Shown piece by piece: positions 1 to 13,669 of a DNA stretch of 64,000 nucleotides. Below the pieces are notes generated by a model, which was given only the letters and a program-made list of their open reading frames with translations, had not been told where the DNA came from and did not search any database. Each line of letters begins with the position of its first letter. Within the stretch, counting starts at the first letter, position 1. Origin of the DNA: Octopus vulgaris (Eukaryota); NCBI GenBank assembly GCA_951406725.2, contig OX597815.1, positions 63,426,001 through 63,490,000 on the forward strand. The letters are read 5' to 3'. The position numbers and the translations under genes were made by a program.

Positions 1-206
1 ATAACAAAATCGTGAAAATGTAAATAGTACAATACAACCTATCGTCACGCGTGAGCGAGTAGAACTTTGGGGCACTAACGATGCTTTTACTAATTGGTTC
101 AATGAATGTAATGGCGAGCATTCATAGAAGGCCTTTCAGTCCCTTTTACACCTGATCTAGTGGAACATTAAGATGGTGCCAAGGGAAGAGAAGGAGGTTG
201 GTGTGT

Positions 207-241
<35 letters not shown>

Positions 242-876
242 AGAAGGAGGGGAAAGAGGAGAGAAACCTGTATTAGAAGTAGTAACCATTAATAGTGCGT
301 GTGAGATGAATACATTAAAGAAACGCGAAATGAAGTGTCTTGCTGAAGAACACGATGGACAACTCAACTAACGAATTGAAATCATACCCCAAAGATATAT
401 ATATATATATATATATAATACTTACACCATTCCAAAATACTCTAGGTATAGGAACCAAGAGAGATAGACACAGACAGAGACAGACAGACAGACAGCATCC
501 ACATAGCAGCGAAACCTCCCTCAAATTACATCAATACCCTCTTACATAATAATACTCTAGATAATGAAGTCTTGAATTACTTGCACATTGAAAATGTTTC
601 GTCACGACCGGAATGTCTTTGATCAGAAACCTTCTGGTATTAAAGATGCCCTGGAGCTAAACAATATCTACAAGTATGTCATCTTACGTACGTTATACCA
701 CTGTAGCTATTTGGAAATTCTGTATTCGTTGTTCTAAATGTATGTGGATGTCAAACCGCAATAAATCATCAGGGGAAACTTTATTGCATCCTGGTACCCA
801 GAACTAACGGTGAAACTTATATAAGAACTAAATATTGATATGAATGTCCTCTTCTTAATATTAATACTATCAAGTA

Positions 877-1070
877 AAGCGGTGAGCTGGCAGAAACGTT
901 AATGCACTGGGCGAAGAGGTATTTCGCCCGTCGCTATGTTCTGAGTTCAAATTCCGTCGAGGGTGACTTTGCTTTTCATCCTTTCGGGATCGATAAATTA
1001 AGTACCAGTTGCGTACTGGGGTCGATCAAATTGATTGGCCCCTTCCCCCAAAATTTGAGGCCTTGTGCTT
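877..1070 (+). mobile_element. tRNA-derived SINE, family A
   Basis: Head gcggtgagctggcagaaacgtt, B-box-like gagttcaaattcc, central gactttgcttttcatcctttcgggatcgataaattaagtaccag; more than 10 related copies in the window. Confidence 0.85.
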
Positions 1071-1099
1071 ATAATACAAAGTATCGTTATCACTCCTGG

Positions 1100-1275
1100 A
1101 AAAATGCTTAGTAGCATTACTTCTGACTTTACGTTCCAAGTTCAAATGCCGCCAGGGACGACTTTGCTTTTAAAGTTTTTAAGTATCGGTAAAATAAGTA
1201 CCTATTGAACATTAGGGTTGATGTAATCGACTTATCCCTCTTTCCGAAATTGCTGCCCTTCTTCCGAAATATGAC
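1100..1275 (+). mobile_element. SINE family A, 5'-truncated/diverged tandem copy
   Basis: aaatgcttagtagcatt...gttcaaatgccgcc...aaaataagtacc...gatgtaatcgact. Confidence 0.7.
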
Positions 1276-1384
1276 ATCAATATACTGTCACTGAGAAGAC
1301 AGAGAGCGACATCAGTACTAATAATCTCCTCAGCTCTAAACATGGTTCTGGGAATCTATTGTAGATCACGAGCATGTTATTGTT

Positions 1385-1688
1385 TTATCGCTTCCTTGCT
1401 TCAGTGGCTGGACTGCGGCCATGGTGAGGCACCGCCTTCAAGGATTTAGTCGAATGAATGGACCTTAGTACTTATTTCTTTAACTCTGTTATCTATTCTA
1501 GCCGCTAAGTTACGGGGACGTTGACAAACCAACGCCGTCTGTTAAGCGGAGGTGGTGGACATACGCATACACAAATACATGCACACAAATGGATATATAC
1601 ATATATACAACGCGCTTCCTTCAGTTTTTCTGCCAAGACTTTGGTCGACCCACGGCAATCGTAGAAGACATTTGCTTAAGGCACCACT
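1385..1688 (-). mobile_element. SINE family B, diverged
   Basis: Reverse complement of ...ccgctaagttacggggacgt...cttccttcagtttt...gtagaagacatttgcttaagg; aligns to 13149-13528. Confidence 0.75.
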
Positions 1689-2304
1689 CTTTTATTTATT
1701 GAGAGAATCAGATTTTGTAGAGAAACACTTTCCTTGTCTATCAATTAGGATATAAAGACGGAACAAATGATTAAAACTAGCAAACCTTACTCATCACCCA
1801 ACAAGCGATACCCCATTTCTGTCACCCAGCATTCTATAATCCCTCATTCAACACGTGATAAACAATCACCAAGAAATCGATACTCTTACCCAATAAATGC
1901 TGACTACGGGGTTCTATTCCCCAAAGTAATCTTCCAAAATGGTACTTATGGCGCCAAACATGATTTACCTTAACTCCCTAAACGATTTCGAGTGATAGAA
2001 ATTAGCATTTGCATCGACCCTAATATATTACTGTTATTTATTTATTTATTTATTATCCCATGATTGATTGAAAATTAGAATCGATTACAGCGACATTTGA
2101 ACTCAGAATATTCTTATTTTAATCAACGTTCTTCCAGCACCGATAGTGACCAACACAGGCTAAAACATGTACGCGCGTGTATACACGCCCTCCCCACACA
2201 CACACACACATACATACGCATATCATATATACATATATATGCATGTATATTCAAGTATGTAATAAGAACGTACGAATGTTTCTACACACACACACACACA
2301 CACA

Positions 2305-2349
<45 letters not shown>

Positions 2350-2871
2350 TCACACAGATTTATAAATGCATACATTCAAACGTACAAACATATATGTATG
2401 CATACACATTTATACAACCATCCATGAATACATACATACATACGTACGTACAGACACACATACACACACACATACTTATAAACATGAAACATGAGAAAGA
2501 TCTAAGAGCATAAAGTTCTAAAACTGGTCATTTTGTATTTGATAATAATCTCAAGATAGAAATGTCTAAAGAATAAAAGATCTTCCGGCAGATTAAAGAG
2601 AAGACTGTTACCCTCTCATCCCACCTCAGCCAACAATAAATAAAAAATACCGATAAAATAATATAAAGTGGGCGGTGATAGAGTTTGTGGAAACAGATGG
2701 GAGTAGCGATGCCACCAGGAGAAATAAATTAATTTATGGAGCTGCAGTAGTCTCAAAGGGGACTGAGTACTTCTGCAAAACTTCTGGTATAGGAATATTT
2801 AAGCCCAAAATAGCATATAGAAAATAGACGTTTTATATATGCATGTATATGCGTTTTTATATAGTCGATAG

Positions 2872-3205
2872 TGAAGGTGCATGACTCAGTGCTTAGAGTA
2901 TCGCGCTCACGATCATGAGATGGCGAGTTTGATTCCGGGACCGGGCTGTATGTTGCGTTTTTGAGCAAGACACTATTTCATGTTGCTCCAGGTCACTCAG
3001 CTTAAGAAATGAGATGCGATGTCACTGGTACCAAGGTGTGTCAGCCTTTGCCTTTCCCTTGGATAACATTGGTGGCGTGGCGAGAGGAGACTAGTATGTT
3101 TGGGCAACGGCTGGTCTTCCCAAAAACCTTGCCCAGATTTGTGCCTTGGGAGTTAAGTTTCTAGGTGCAATCCCATGGTCATTCATGACGGAAGGGGCTC
3201 TTTTT
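2872..3205 (+). mobile_element. tRNA-derived SINE, family C
   Basis: A-box-like tgactcagtgcttaga, B-box-like gagtttgattcc, then ttgagcaagacac body and T-rich end. Confidence 0.65.
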
Positions 3206-3255
3206 TTTATATATCTGATTTTATACGTATATGCATGTATGCGCGTATGTATTTG

Positions 3256-3326
<71 letters not shown>

Positions 3327-3338
3327 ACACAAGAATTG

Positions 3339-3426
3339 AACGTTTACATGCAAAACCCTGAGTTCCTTGATAGCGACTTATCCGAGCCGTGCAAATGAAA
3401 ATCTCAGGGTTCTGAATGTAAACGTT
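3339..3426. repeat. Fold-back inverted repeat (~26-bp arms) next to (TA)n
   Basis: aacgtttacatgcaaaaccctgag ... ctcagggttctgaatgtaaacgtt. Confidence 0.8.
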
Positions 3427-3562
3427 CCATGTTGCATTAATTAATAAATTTAGTTCACTATTTCTAACGATATTGAGGCCTACCTCTAGTGTTGATGCAC
3501 ACACAGTTTGACAGATAAATTCAAATAGGATGTACTTATTAACTATTCTCCTATCACATTTT

Positions 3563-3594
3563 CCTTGAAGAAGGACTTTGTCCGAAACGTTAAG
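3563..3594 (+). ncRNA. Minimal type I hammerhead-like motif (degenerate)
   Basis: TTGAAGA-a-ggac(ttt)gtcc-GAAA-CGTT; C3 altered, palindromic ACGT stem III as in Penelope minimal hammerheads. Confidence 0.5.
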
Positions 3595-4066
3595 TTTTCC
3601 ACTCCTACTTCACTGTATCCTTCTGTTAATTATATATTATATTTGTGTGTGTGTATATACTAGGGTATTACTCGTTATATGACGTGTAACTTCAGGAGTA
3701 ACGTCTTATTACCGTGGATAATCAGTTACAGTTAAAATTACATGCGCACACAAATACGCACGCACATATGTAGACATACTATGTAGACATACTGTTTCTT
3801 TATCTCCTACCAACTCCTGAGTTTATTTTACTAGTTAAACCGTACTTGTTTGTGTGCCATGCATTTAGCGTCTGTAGACTACGAAGCTTCTCTCATCTCC
3901 ACCATCCTCCTGCCACTGCCTGTAAATATCAGCGTTCTCTCTATCGACATATGTCAACTCTCTCTCTCTCTCTCTCTCCCTCAACCTCTCTCTATATAAT
4001 GGAAAAAGAAAAACTAACAAAACCCATTTCTATCGGCTATCATTGTCGATTGAGTTTAGATCCCAT

Positions 4067-4453
4067 TTGTGGTTGTGTGGTAAGACGCTTGCTTCCAATC
4101 ACACCGTTCCGAGTTCAGTCTCACTCCGTGGAACCTTAGGCAAGTGTCTTCTTCTATAGCCTCGGGCCGGCTAAAGCCTTGTCAGTGGATTTGGTTGTTA
4201 GAAACTATAAGAAGCCCGTCGTATATATATATATATATATATATATAGACGCACACGCACACATATACATTTATGAGTGTGTCTTTGGGTCAGCGTTTGT
4301 CCCCTTACCATCGCTTGACAACCGATATTGGGGTGTTTAAGTCCCCGTAACTTACCGGTTCGGCAAAAGCGATCGATACAATAAGTACTAGACTTACAAA
4401 GAATAAAACTTGGGGGGGGGGGCAATTTCTTCGACTTTAAGGTGGTGCTCCAG
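4067..4453 (+). mobile_element. SINE family B with internal TA/GT microsatellite
   Basis: tggttgtgtggtaagacgcttgct...gagttcagtctcact...aagaagcccgtcg(ta)n...cgcttgacaaccgat...ggtgctccag. Confidence 0.85.
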
Positions 4454-5482
4454 TTTTCCACTCCCACTTCACTGTACTCTTTTGGACAGGTTACATATGT
4501 CCCACCTATACCAGAAAAAAAAGATCAATATATGTAAATCAAATCCCATCAGTAAAAAATATCGAAAATAATCGACGTCAGAAAGAGAAATATAATAATC
4601 CGTGATTGTTCGACAAAACTAGTCGGGAATCGGCCCATATCTGGAGGATTTCCTGAATCTGGAATTCTAGCAAGAGAAAGTAATCATTAGACTTGAAGCT
4701 GTAGCAACCGCACTTTGCTTTTGTTACATTTATTCAAACTCCAAAGAATCCCTCTCAAAACATGGCTTTGATGCTTCTCCAGAGTAGCAGCAGGACTAAA
4801 ATGTTAAATTATCAGCCATACTACGACAATATTGAAAACATCAATAACACTGAAAGATAACGAAAGATAATATAAGCTTGTCCGATCCCCAATTAAAGCA
4901 CTTTGAGCGAGGCTTCTTAACCTCAAAATATTTTAATCTGGTCCTAATTTTGAAGCTGAGGAATCAATAAGGACCAACTCAAAAATATTTTCTTCATCGT
5001 AAATGATTAAAAACGTTGGAAAAGAATGAATATCCAGCAAAAGAACCTCTACAAAATTATTCAAGAATTTAACATTTCTATCAAAATAACTACGGAGTCA
5101 AAGAAATATGTTGAAGCTAATATACGAAGAGGAAAATTAATTAAAATTCAAATTATTAAGATACACAAATCAGAGAATTCTAAGGAGAGACACCTATAGA
5201 AATATTCAAGAGTAGATGAGGTTGATACAACACAAAGGAATGGAGAAGAACATGTAAGAGTAGAATAGTAGATTGAAGTCAGACGAATATTAAATCAGAA
5301 ATGTGTTATTAGATATAAATACACTAGCCATCACAATTAATCAGAAGGTTTGTGTGAATTAAAGGGATTAATAGAAACAAGAAAAATGTTTCAACTTTTT
5401 TTAACTATAAGATACTGTATTGGTATAAAAACTCAAGGCAAAACTTGAAAATTATGCACACGCACACACACACGCACGCACG

Positions 5483-5607
5483 CAAGGCCTTGGTCAGCCC
5501 GAGGCTATCGTAGAAGATACTTACCCAAGGTTCAATGCAGTGGAACTGAACCCGGAACCATAAGACTGGAAAGCACGCTTCTTACCACTCAGCCACGCCT
5601 GCGCCTA
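5483..5607 (-). mobile_element. SINE family B, 5' half
   Basis: Reverse complement reads taggcgcaggcgtggctgagtggtaagaagc...gggttcagttccact. Confidence 0.8.
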
Positions 5608-6065
5608 CTGTAGAATATATTAATAAAATAACACAAAAAGGAAAACAAAGATGTATTTTGGGGGCAGGAAACAATAACAATACAAAATAAAGTAAATAAA
5701 TAAAATTGTTAAAAAAAAGATTGATTCGATGAAGAACTTCGCAAAATGGAGGGAAAAGCCTTGATGCTCAAAATTCGAAAAAGTGAACTCAGAGCAAGTT
5801 AATTAAGTATAGGAATCAGCAAGTACTCAAAAGCACTGTGCTAAAACCAGAAAATCTGTACATATCAATGCAGAGTTAAACAAATTATCACAGAAAATAG
5901 TAAAAGCAACAGAATGCCTTCAACTATATATGATGATATCAACTTATAGAAATTATGACCTTCAAATTCACGTAAAGATAGGATATATCCAGATATCTCA
6001 CACGTCTTCTACCCAGAGAGTACAGTAGTAGTTTTTCAAACCTTCTCACTAATTATTATTTTTAT

Positions 6066-6484
<419 letters not shown>

Positions 6485-6559
6485 ATTATTATTATTATTA
6501 TTATTATTACTATTATTATTATTACTATTATTATTATTATTATTATTAATATTATTATT

Positions 6560-6655
6560 ATTTTATACCAAGACAAAACAATGTACATGATAACACGTCC
6601 AATCAGTTAAGATCAGGAGCCATGAGAGCCACTGTCTGGTACTGCATCAGGGCAT
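6560..6655 (-). mobile_element. End fragment of the ~560-bp (TAA)n-targeted non-coding element
   Basis: ttttataccaagacaaaacaatgtacatg...actgcatcagggc nearly identical to 7452-7545. Confidence 0.85.
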
Positions 6656-6663
6656 CATCATCG

Positions 6664-6727
<64 letters not shown>

Positions 6728-6806
6728 CACCATCACCATCACCATCACCATCATCATCATCATCATTATCATCATCATCATCATCATCATTATTATTATT
6801 ATCATA

Positions 6807-6843
<37 letters not shown>

Positions 6844-6846
6844 TTA

Positions 6847-6910
<64 letters not shown>

Positions 6911-6988
6911 TATAATCATCATCATCATCATTATTATTATCATTTTCATTATTATCATTATTATTATTATTATTATTATTACTATTAT

Positions 6989-7548
6989 TGAGTGAGAGAG
7001 CAGTTCATGCCATCAAAGTGACACTGGGGTAAAATATACGAAGCCCAAAATACCCATCATGACTACCCGTCTGATAAGGGTACACCAGACACATGCATCA
7101 CAACCATATGTGTGCGACATGGTGATCTCATAAAAAGATAAACAGCACATGACCTTGCAGGTGGGGCCCAGTTAGAATTTTCTTCTGGTTGAGTAGCCCA
7201 TCCCGCTCAAAAAGGTCCCTGAATAAGGATTGTTTAAGGATGTTGAAAGAACCACCCATGTTTCCAGAGGTGAATTATTCAAACCCCAAAGAATCCCTCT
7301 CAACACACGGGTATGATGCTCCCCCACTACTTCTGCTCGTGATCAGAGATGCACATATCGTCAGCCACTAAGGGACATGCTCAACTGGTTAAGGTCAAAC
7401 AACTGACAAGCAAATATGTGGCATTGAGCAGAATATTTGCTGTAGCCCATCTTTTATACCAAGACAAAACAATGTACATGATAACACTTCCAATCAGTTA
7501 TGATCAGAAGCCATGAGAGCCACTGCCTGGTACTGCATCAGGGCATTT
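6989..7548 (-). mobile_element. ~560-bp non-coding interspersed element in a (TTA)n array, full length
   Basis: Highly similar to 26830-27389 (opposite strand) and 8444-8931; both ends abut (TTA)n; strand inferred from truncation polarity. Confidence 0.85.
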
Positions 7549-7552
7549 ATTA

Positions 7553-7619
<67 letters not shown>

Positions 7620-7620
<1 letters not shown>

Positions 7621-7976
7621 CAATCACCAGATTAGACTGTTGGAAAAGAAAAGAATCCTAACATAGTGTTACAACAAGTAACCTTAGAAGCCAAGAAGAC
7701 TCCTAAGTGTCCTAGCTGTCCCTAATAACACTATTTTCTGGAGCTGTACTAAACTGGGTTTTATGCCTATTTCCTCTATCCATCTGTTCAGATCTTTACG
7801 GATAGTTCCCAATGCACTTATAACTACTGGGATACATTTTACCCGCACTTTCCATAGTCTCTGTAATTCAGTAGCTAGATCCTGGTACTTTACTATTTTT
7901 TCTATACTTCTCATATTAACTTTTTCATCATTTGGGACTGTAAAGTCAATTATCTGACACTTTCTATTCTCTTTAT

Positions 7977-8061
<85 letters not shown>

Positions 8062-8185
8062 CAAATCAGGCCTTCTAGCTTTTATTACTCTGTCAGTCTG
8101 AATATTGAAGTCCCACATCTTATATTTCTTGCTTTTTAGTACTTTACGAGGTTCATATTCATACGATTTACCAGTATTGATGTTG
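7620..8185 (-). mobile_element. 5'-truncated R4/Dong-type LINE, restriction-like endonuclease domain with in-frame (GTA)n expansion
   Basis: WDFNIQTDRVIKARRPDL-(V)n-DKENRKCQIIDFTVP...EKIVKYQDL...PVVISALG...LQKIVLLGTARTLR. Confidence 0.9.
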
Positions 8186-8199
8186 TTATTATTATTATT

Positions 8200-8381
8200 A
8201 AGGCGGCGAGCTATCAGAATCGTTAGCAGACTCGACAAAATGCTTAGCAGTATTTCGTCCATCTTTAAGTTCCGTTATGAGTTCAAATTCCGCCGAGGTC
8301 GACGTTGCCTTTCATCCTTTCGGGATCGATATAATCGACTAGTCCCTTCTCCACAGGTTTGAGGCCTTGTTCCTCCAGTAG
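8200..8381 (+). mobile_element. SINE family A
   Basis: aggcggcgagctatcagaatcgttagca...gagttcaaattccgccgaggtcgac. Confidence 0.85.
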
Positions 8382-8383
8382 AA

Positions 8384-8443
<60 letters not shown>

Positions 8444-8929
8444 GAGTGAGAGAGCAGTTCATGCCATCAAAGTGACACTGGGGTAAAATATACGAAGCCC
8501 AATATACCCATCATGACTACCTGTATGATAAGGATACACTAAGCAGATGCATCACAACCATATGTGCTCGACATGGTGATCTCATATCAAGATAAACAGC
8601 ACATGACCTTGCAGGTGGGGTGCAGTTAGAATTTTCTTCTGGTCGAGTAGACCATCCCGCTCAAAAGGTCCCTGAATAAGGATTCTTTAAGAATGTTGAA
8701 CGAAACAAGCATGTTTCCAGAGATGGATTATTCAAACCTGAAAGAATCCCTCTCAACACACGGTTATAATACTCCCCCACTACTCCTGCTCATGATCAGA
8801 GACGCACATATTATCTGCCACTAAGGGACATGCTCAACTGGTTAAGTTCAAACAACTGACAAGCAAATCTGTGGTATTGAGCAGAATATTTGCTGTAGCT
8901 CATCCTTTATACCAAGACAAAACAATGTA

Positions 8930-8931
<2 letters not shown>
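8444..8931 (-). mobile_element. Truncated copy of the ~560-bp (TAA)n-targeted element
   Basis: Colinear with 6989-7478; lacks the last ~70 bp on the right. Confidence 0.85.
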
Positions 8932-8962
<31 letters not shown>

Positions 8963-8963
<1 letters not shown>

Positions 8964-10569
8964 TACTTTTAATCTGCATGTTTGATGCAATCACCTGCCG
9001 GGGCACACCCAGCGCCCTAGGGCAAGTGAAGGTTAAGAGTTGTTGAAATATAGCTGAAAGCTTGGGGAGGGGAAGTAGAGAAATATCTCCATGTAATACA
9101 AACACAAACATTTACATTGATAGGGTTTTTCTAAGGATGTGGGCAGTACTTGTTAGCACAATCTTTTGGATTTCCTTGAGACATGGTTTTCCAGGGATAT
9201 TGTCTAGGTGTTTCTGACATCCCTTTTTTATCATACCTAGGGCACCTACAATAACAGGAACAGTTTTTGTTTTAAGATTCCACATCCTCTGTATTTCGAT
9301 TTCCAGGTCCTTATATTTACTAAGTTTGTCAAATTCCTTGACAGATACATTTTTATCAGTGGGGACGCTTACTTCTATTAGTCTGCAGGTATTTTCTTCC
9401 CTGTCTTTAACAATTATGTCTGGTCGATTAGCCTTGATCGTTCTGTCAGTGTTGACTGGAAAATCCCAGAGGATGGTGACATCTTTACCTTCAACAACTG
9501 GCTGAGGATGGTGTTCATACCAGTTAGCAGGAGTGTCGGATTTGTAGTGTTTACATATCTTCCAATGTATATACTGTCCTACCCTATCGTGGCGATTTTT
9601 GTATTCGTTTGGTGTCAGCACAGGACATCCCGAAACGAGATGGTCTATTGTTTCGTCAAATGTGTCACAGAATCTGCATTTAGGGTCAGTACCGTTTCGG
9701 AGAACGTTAGCCTGGTAATTTCTGGTAAACAAGCTTTGATCTTGTGCTGCCATTATGAAGCCTTCAGTCTCTGCTTTCAATCCAGAACTCTTCAGCCACT
9801 GATGGGTTGTTGCTTGGTCTACATCAGCATTTTGGCTTCGGAGAATGTATTGTCCATGCAGGGGCTTCTGGCTCCACCGCCTCTCAATTTGATTCTGCCC
9901 ATTCTTTTTTGCAGTCTGCCTGATTCGCTTTGCTTGCTTGGTAGCAGTGGTTTCTGGCTCTTCACCTGATTCAAGGTTAATGCCTAGTTCCCTTTCGAAC
10001 TTATAAGCTTCCTTGACAATAGAATGCAGCTTTTTGCTGCTTTCGTGTTCACACACAAGTCGCAGCATCCAGTCTTTTGTACTAGATAGGTACCTGTTCA
10101 TTCCTACAGTAGAGGTCTTATAGCACAGCTCCAATTGCATCATTCCTCTCCCCCCGCTGCTTCTAGGTAGGTACAAGCGGTCTACATCTGCCTTAGGGTG
10201 GTGCATGCTCCTGGATGTCAGTAACTTTCTTGTCTTCCTGTCCAAGCGTTGGAGTTCCGTAAGGTTCCAGTTAATGATGTTAAAACTGTACTGGACTACT
10301 GGAAGTGCCAGGGTGTTAATGGCCTCAATGCAATTTTTGGAGTTGAGTTCAGTCTTCAGTACAAGCCTTATTCTCCTATAGTACTCCTTTCTTATTTTTT
10401 CCTTCATAGTAGCATGATGTATACCATCTCCTTCGTTGATTCCTAGGTATTTGTAGCTTTCTTGTGGGTCAAGTTCCTTGATGGTAGTGTCAATATCTAA
10501 TTTAACAGAAGCTGTTTGCCTGAGCTTGCCTCTTACAAAAGTTGCTTTAGCACACTTATCAAGGCCAAA

Positions 10570-10570
<1 letters not shown>
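8963..10570 (-). mobile_element. 5'-truncated R4/Dong-type non-LTR retrotransposon inserted in (TAA)n
   Basis: Open frame plus ~150-bp 3' UTR; (TTA)n on both flanks, the known Dong target. Confidence 0.92.
9112..10569 (-). CDS. Partial ORF: RT C-terminus/thumb, CCHC zinc knuckle and restriction-like endonuclease (no start codon; N-terminus of the track ORF is microsatellite/SINE)
   Basis: FGLDKCAK...YKYLG...RLYLPRSSGGRG...CRFCDTFDETIDHLVSGC...RHD...WDF...RPDII...IEVSVP...KLSKY. Confidence 0.9.
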   Translation of the reverse strand, partial: FGLDKCAKATFVRGKLRQTASVKLDIDTTIKELDPQESYKYLGINEGDGIHHATMKEKIRKEYYRRIRLVLKTELNSKNCIEAINTLALPVVQYSFNIINWNLTELQRLDRKTRKLLTSRSMHHPKADVDRLYLPRSSGGRGMMQLELCYKTSTVGMNRYLSSTKDWMLRLVCEHESSKKLHSIVKEAYKFERELGINLESGEEPETTATKQAKRIRQTAKKNGQNQIERRWSQKPLHGQYILRSQNADVDQATTHQWLKSSGLKAETEGFIMAAQDQSLFTRNYQANVLRNGTDPKCRFCDTFDETIDHLVSGCPVLTPNEYKNRHDRVGQYIHWKICKHYKSDTPANWYEHHPQPVVEGKDVTILWDFPVNTDRTIKANRPDIIVKDREENTCRLIEVSVPTDKNVSVKEFDKLSKYKDLEIEIQRMWNLKTKTVPVIVGALGMIKKGCQKHLDNIPGKPCLKEIQKIVLTSTAHILRKTLSM

Positions 10571-10631
<61 letters not shown>

Positions 10632-10648
10632 CATTATTATCATTATTA

Positions 10649-10724
<76 letters not shown>

Positions 10725-10744
10725 CATTATTATTATTATTCCAG

Positions 10745-10905
10745 CGATTAGCACGCGGAGCAAAATTCTTTGCAATGTTCAAATTCTGCAGAGGTCAACT
10801 TTGGCTTTCATCCTTTCAGGGCCGACAAAACGAGTACCAGTTGAGCCATGGGGTCGATGTAATTGAGTTTACCCCTCCCTCAAATTTCAGGCCTTGCGCC
10901 TAGTA
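10745..10905 (+). mobile_element. SINE family A, diverged
   Basis: ttagcacgcgg...gttcaaattctgcagaggtcaactttggctttcatcc...gtaccagttgagc. Confidence 0.75.
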
Positions 10906-10913
10906 GGAAGGAA

Positions 10914-10991
<78 letters not shown>

Positions 10992-10999
10992 AGTTGTAG

Positions 11000-11039
<40 letters not shown>

Positions 11040-11231
11040 AGTAGTAGTAGTATTATTATTATTATTATTATTACTACCATTATACTATTCTATGCACTAC
11101 CCAAAATTTTTTATCTCTATATATGTATATGCATATACAAACATACATACACAGACACACACAGAACACACACACAGGACACACACATAGACATACTCAT
11201 AAAGACACACACATACACATAGATATACACT

Positions 11232-11305
11232 ATTCATTAAATAATATTAAATAATCTCTTACCAGATGGAGTATATTTTTGTTGATCTTACCTTCACGGA
11301 ACGGC

Positions 11306-11310
<5 letters not shown>
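11232..11310 (+). repeat. Solo copy of the 3' tail of the 12378-12717 hairpin element
   Basis: cattaaataatatt...atctct..ccagatggagta..tttttgttgatcttacctt is the reverse complement of 12395-12453. Confidence 0.7.
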
Positions 11311-11369
<59 letters not shown>

Positions 11370-11698
11370 TATATATATACATACATATATATATAAATAT
11401 ACATATACATATATATACATGTACATATAAATATATACGCATGCATACACGCACTGTCACACAGATTCGCATACATATATATTATCTTTACAACTTCCAT
11501 AATTTATTGTCTAGGTGGGTTGTGTGCACCAAGTGGAGCCCAGGTGGAAATGTTCTGATGTTTCGAATAAAACTTCATTTGTTTGCTTACTTTTTGCCAA
11601 TAAATTCTGCTGCGTTATCCTTATTATTCATTTTGTTCTGGATTTTTTAAATTGTAATGATAACACCTGGACACCCTGTATCTCTCCTCTTCAACCCC

Positions 11699-11768
<70 letters not shown>

Positions 11769-12377
11769 GTAGCAGAAATCAAATTTTTTTCTCTTTGTCC
11801 GCATTTTGTGAAAACCATTTCGAAGAAAAAGCTTAACAGCGCCATCTACTCCTATTTATCTGTTGGTCTGACGACGTACAGAATGGTGTTAAAGTCCTGA
11901 TGTAGTTTTCTTGTCTTTGATCTTTTAACGTTTTACTTTATCTACGGTTTCCTACTCATATCTTCTTTTTAATTACAGTCAGTCCTCACTATCTGCCAGG
12001 CTATTTAACCGTATAGGTATACGGCCGAATATCTACCTCTGAATAAGTCAAGCTAGTAACTTTTCTATACGGTTATCTGCCAATACCCATCAACACCGTC
12101 ACATTCCACTCCTTCATATTTCCCGTTTACACACACACACACATACACATATATTTAAATATATACATATACATTTGTTCATATATAAATACAATTCATA
12201 TACATATACGCATACAAATATACATCCACACACACACGCATACACACACAACATATATATATATATTTATACATTCATACATATATATATGTACATATAC
12301 ATATATATATACATATACATATACATACATACATATATATATATATGCATATGTATACACACACACAGACACACACA

Positions 12378-12717
12378 TATGGTCTACTTTTCCATTAAGG
12401 TAAGATCAACAAAAAATGTACCCCATCCGGGGAGAGATAAATATTGTTTAATGTGCACAGTATATAGTTATGAGCTACTAATAGTTTCATACATTAAAGA
12501 TATCATCTACGCAGGTATTAAAACACACCAAGGGTCACCAAGTAATGTTCAGGCTCTGGGTATATGGATCTTATTAGGCTCTTTCTTCCATATATCGAAA
12601 GGCCAAGCGTACAAACCTGAAGATTTCTTGGAGACACAAGGCGAGTTTAAAACGAAAATTTCAGTGTATAAAACTATTAGTAGCTCATAATTATATTCTG
12701 CGTGCATTAAACAATAT
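12378..12717 (-). mobile_element. Fold-back hairpin element: arms 12441-12498 / 12659-12717, unpaired tail 12378-12440
   Basis: atattgtttaatg...gagctactaatagttt vs aaactattagtagctc...cattaaacaatat; arms carry GAAACTATTAGTA (hammerhead 3' half) and the loop has CTGAAGA. Confidence 0.75.
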
Positions 12718-12720
12718 CTA

Positions 12721-12814
<94 letters not shown>

Positions 12815-12816
<2 letters not shown>

Positions 12817-12975
12817 AAAAAGGAGATGTAGAACACGAGTTGTTATATATAAAAAAAGGAAATGAAGAAAATGCTGACAAAATAATTTAAGTAAGGGAGA
12901 GTGTATTTAATTAGGTGAAAGTTATTTTTACCGGTTGCGCATTTGTTATGCTTATCAAAAGATAGAGTTCCTTTC
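12815..12975 (-). mobile_element. Short (TA)n-flanked element with degenerate hammerhead at 12925-12960
   Basis: Minus strand TTGATAA-gcat(aacaa)atgc-GCAA-CCGGTA; 3' tail caactcgtgt shared with 52985-53010. Confidence 0.55.
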
Positions 12976-12994
12976 TGATTGATTTTTTCTCTTA

Positions 12995-13561
<567 letters not shown>

Positions 13562-13669
13562 CGGACTACTAACATATGTTCCTTTACCCTTTATTTATAT
13601 TATTATAACGAGTTTTTATTTCTTTGGTTTGCTTTTCTTATTAATATCATTGGTGTTATGTCTTCGTAA

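Noticed and set aside
593-630. Minus-strand ctgatcaa...gacgaaac resembling a hammerhead
   Set aside because: Matches a dispersed repeat segment also at ~44727; core and stems do not fit
4490-5450. A-rich non-microsatellite stretch that might be an exon
   Set aside because: No sustained reading frame seen; likely an old LINE remnant that I cannot assign
10570-10782. N-terminal 71 aa of the 556-aa ORF
   Set aside because: Read-through from (TAA)n and an antisense SINE; not part of the LINE
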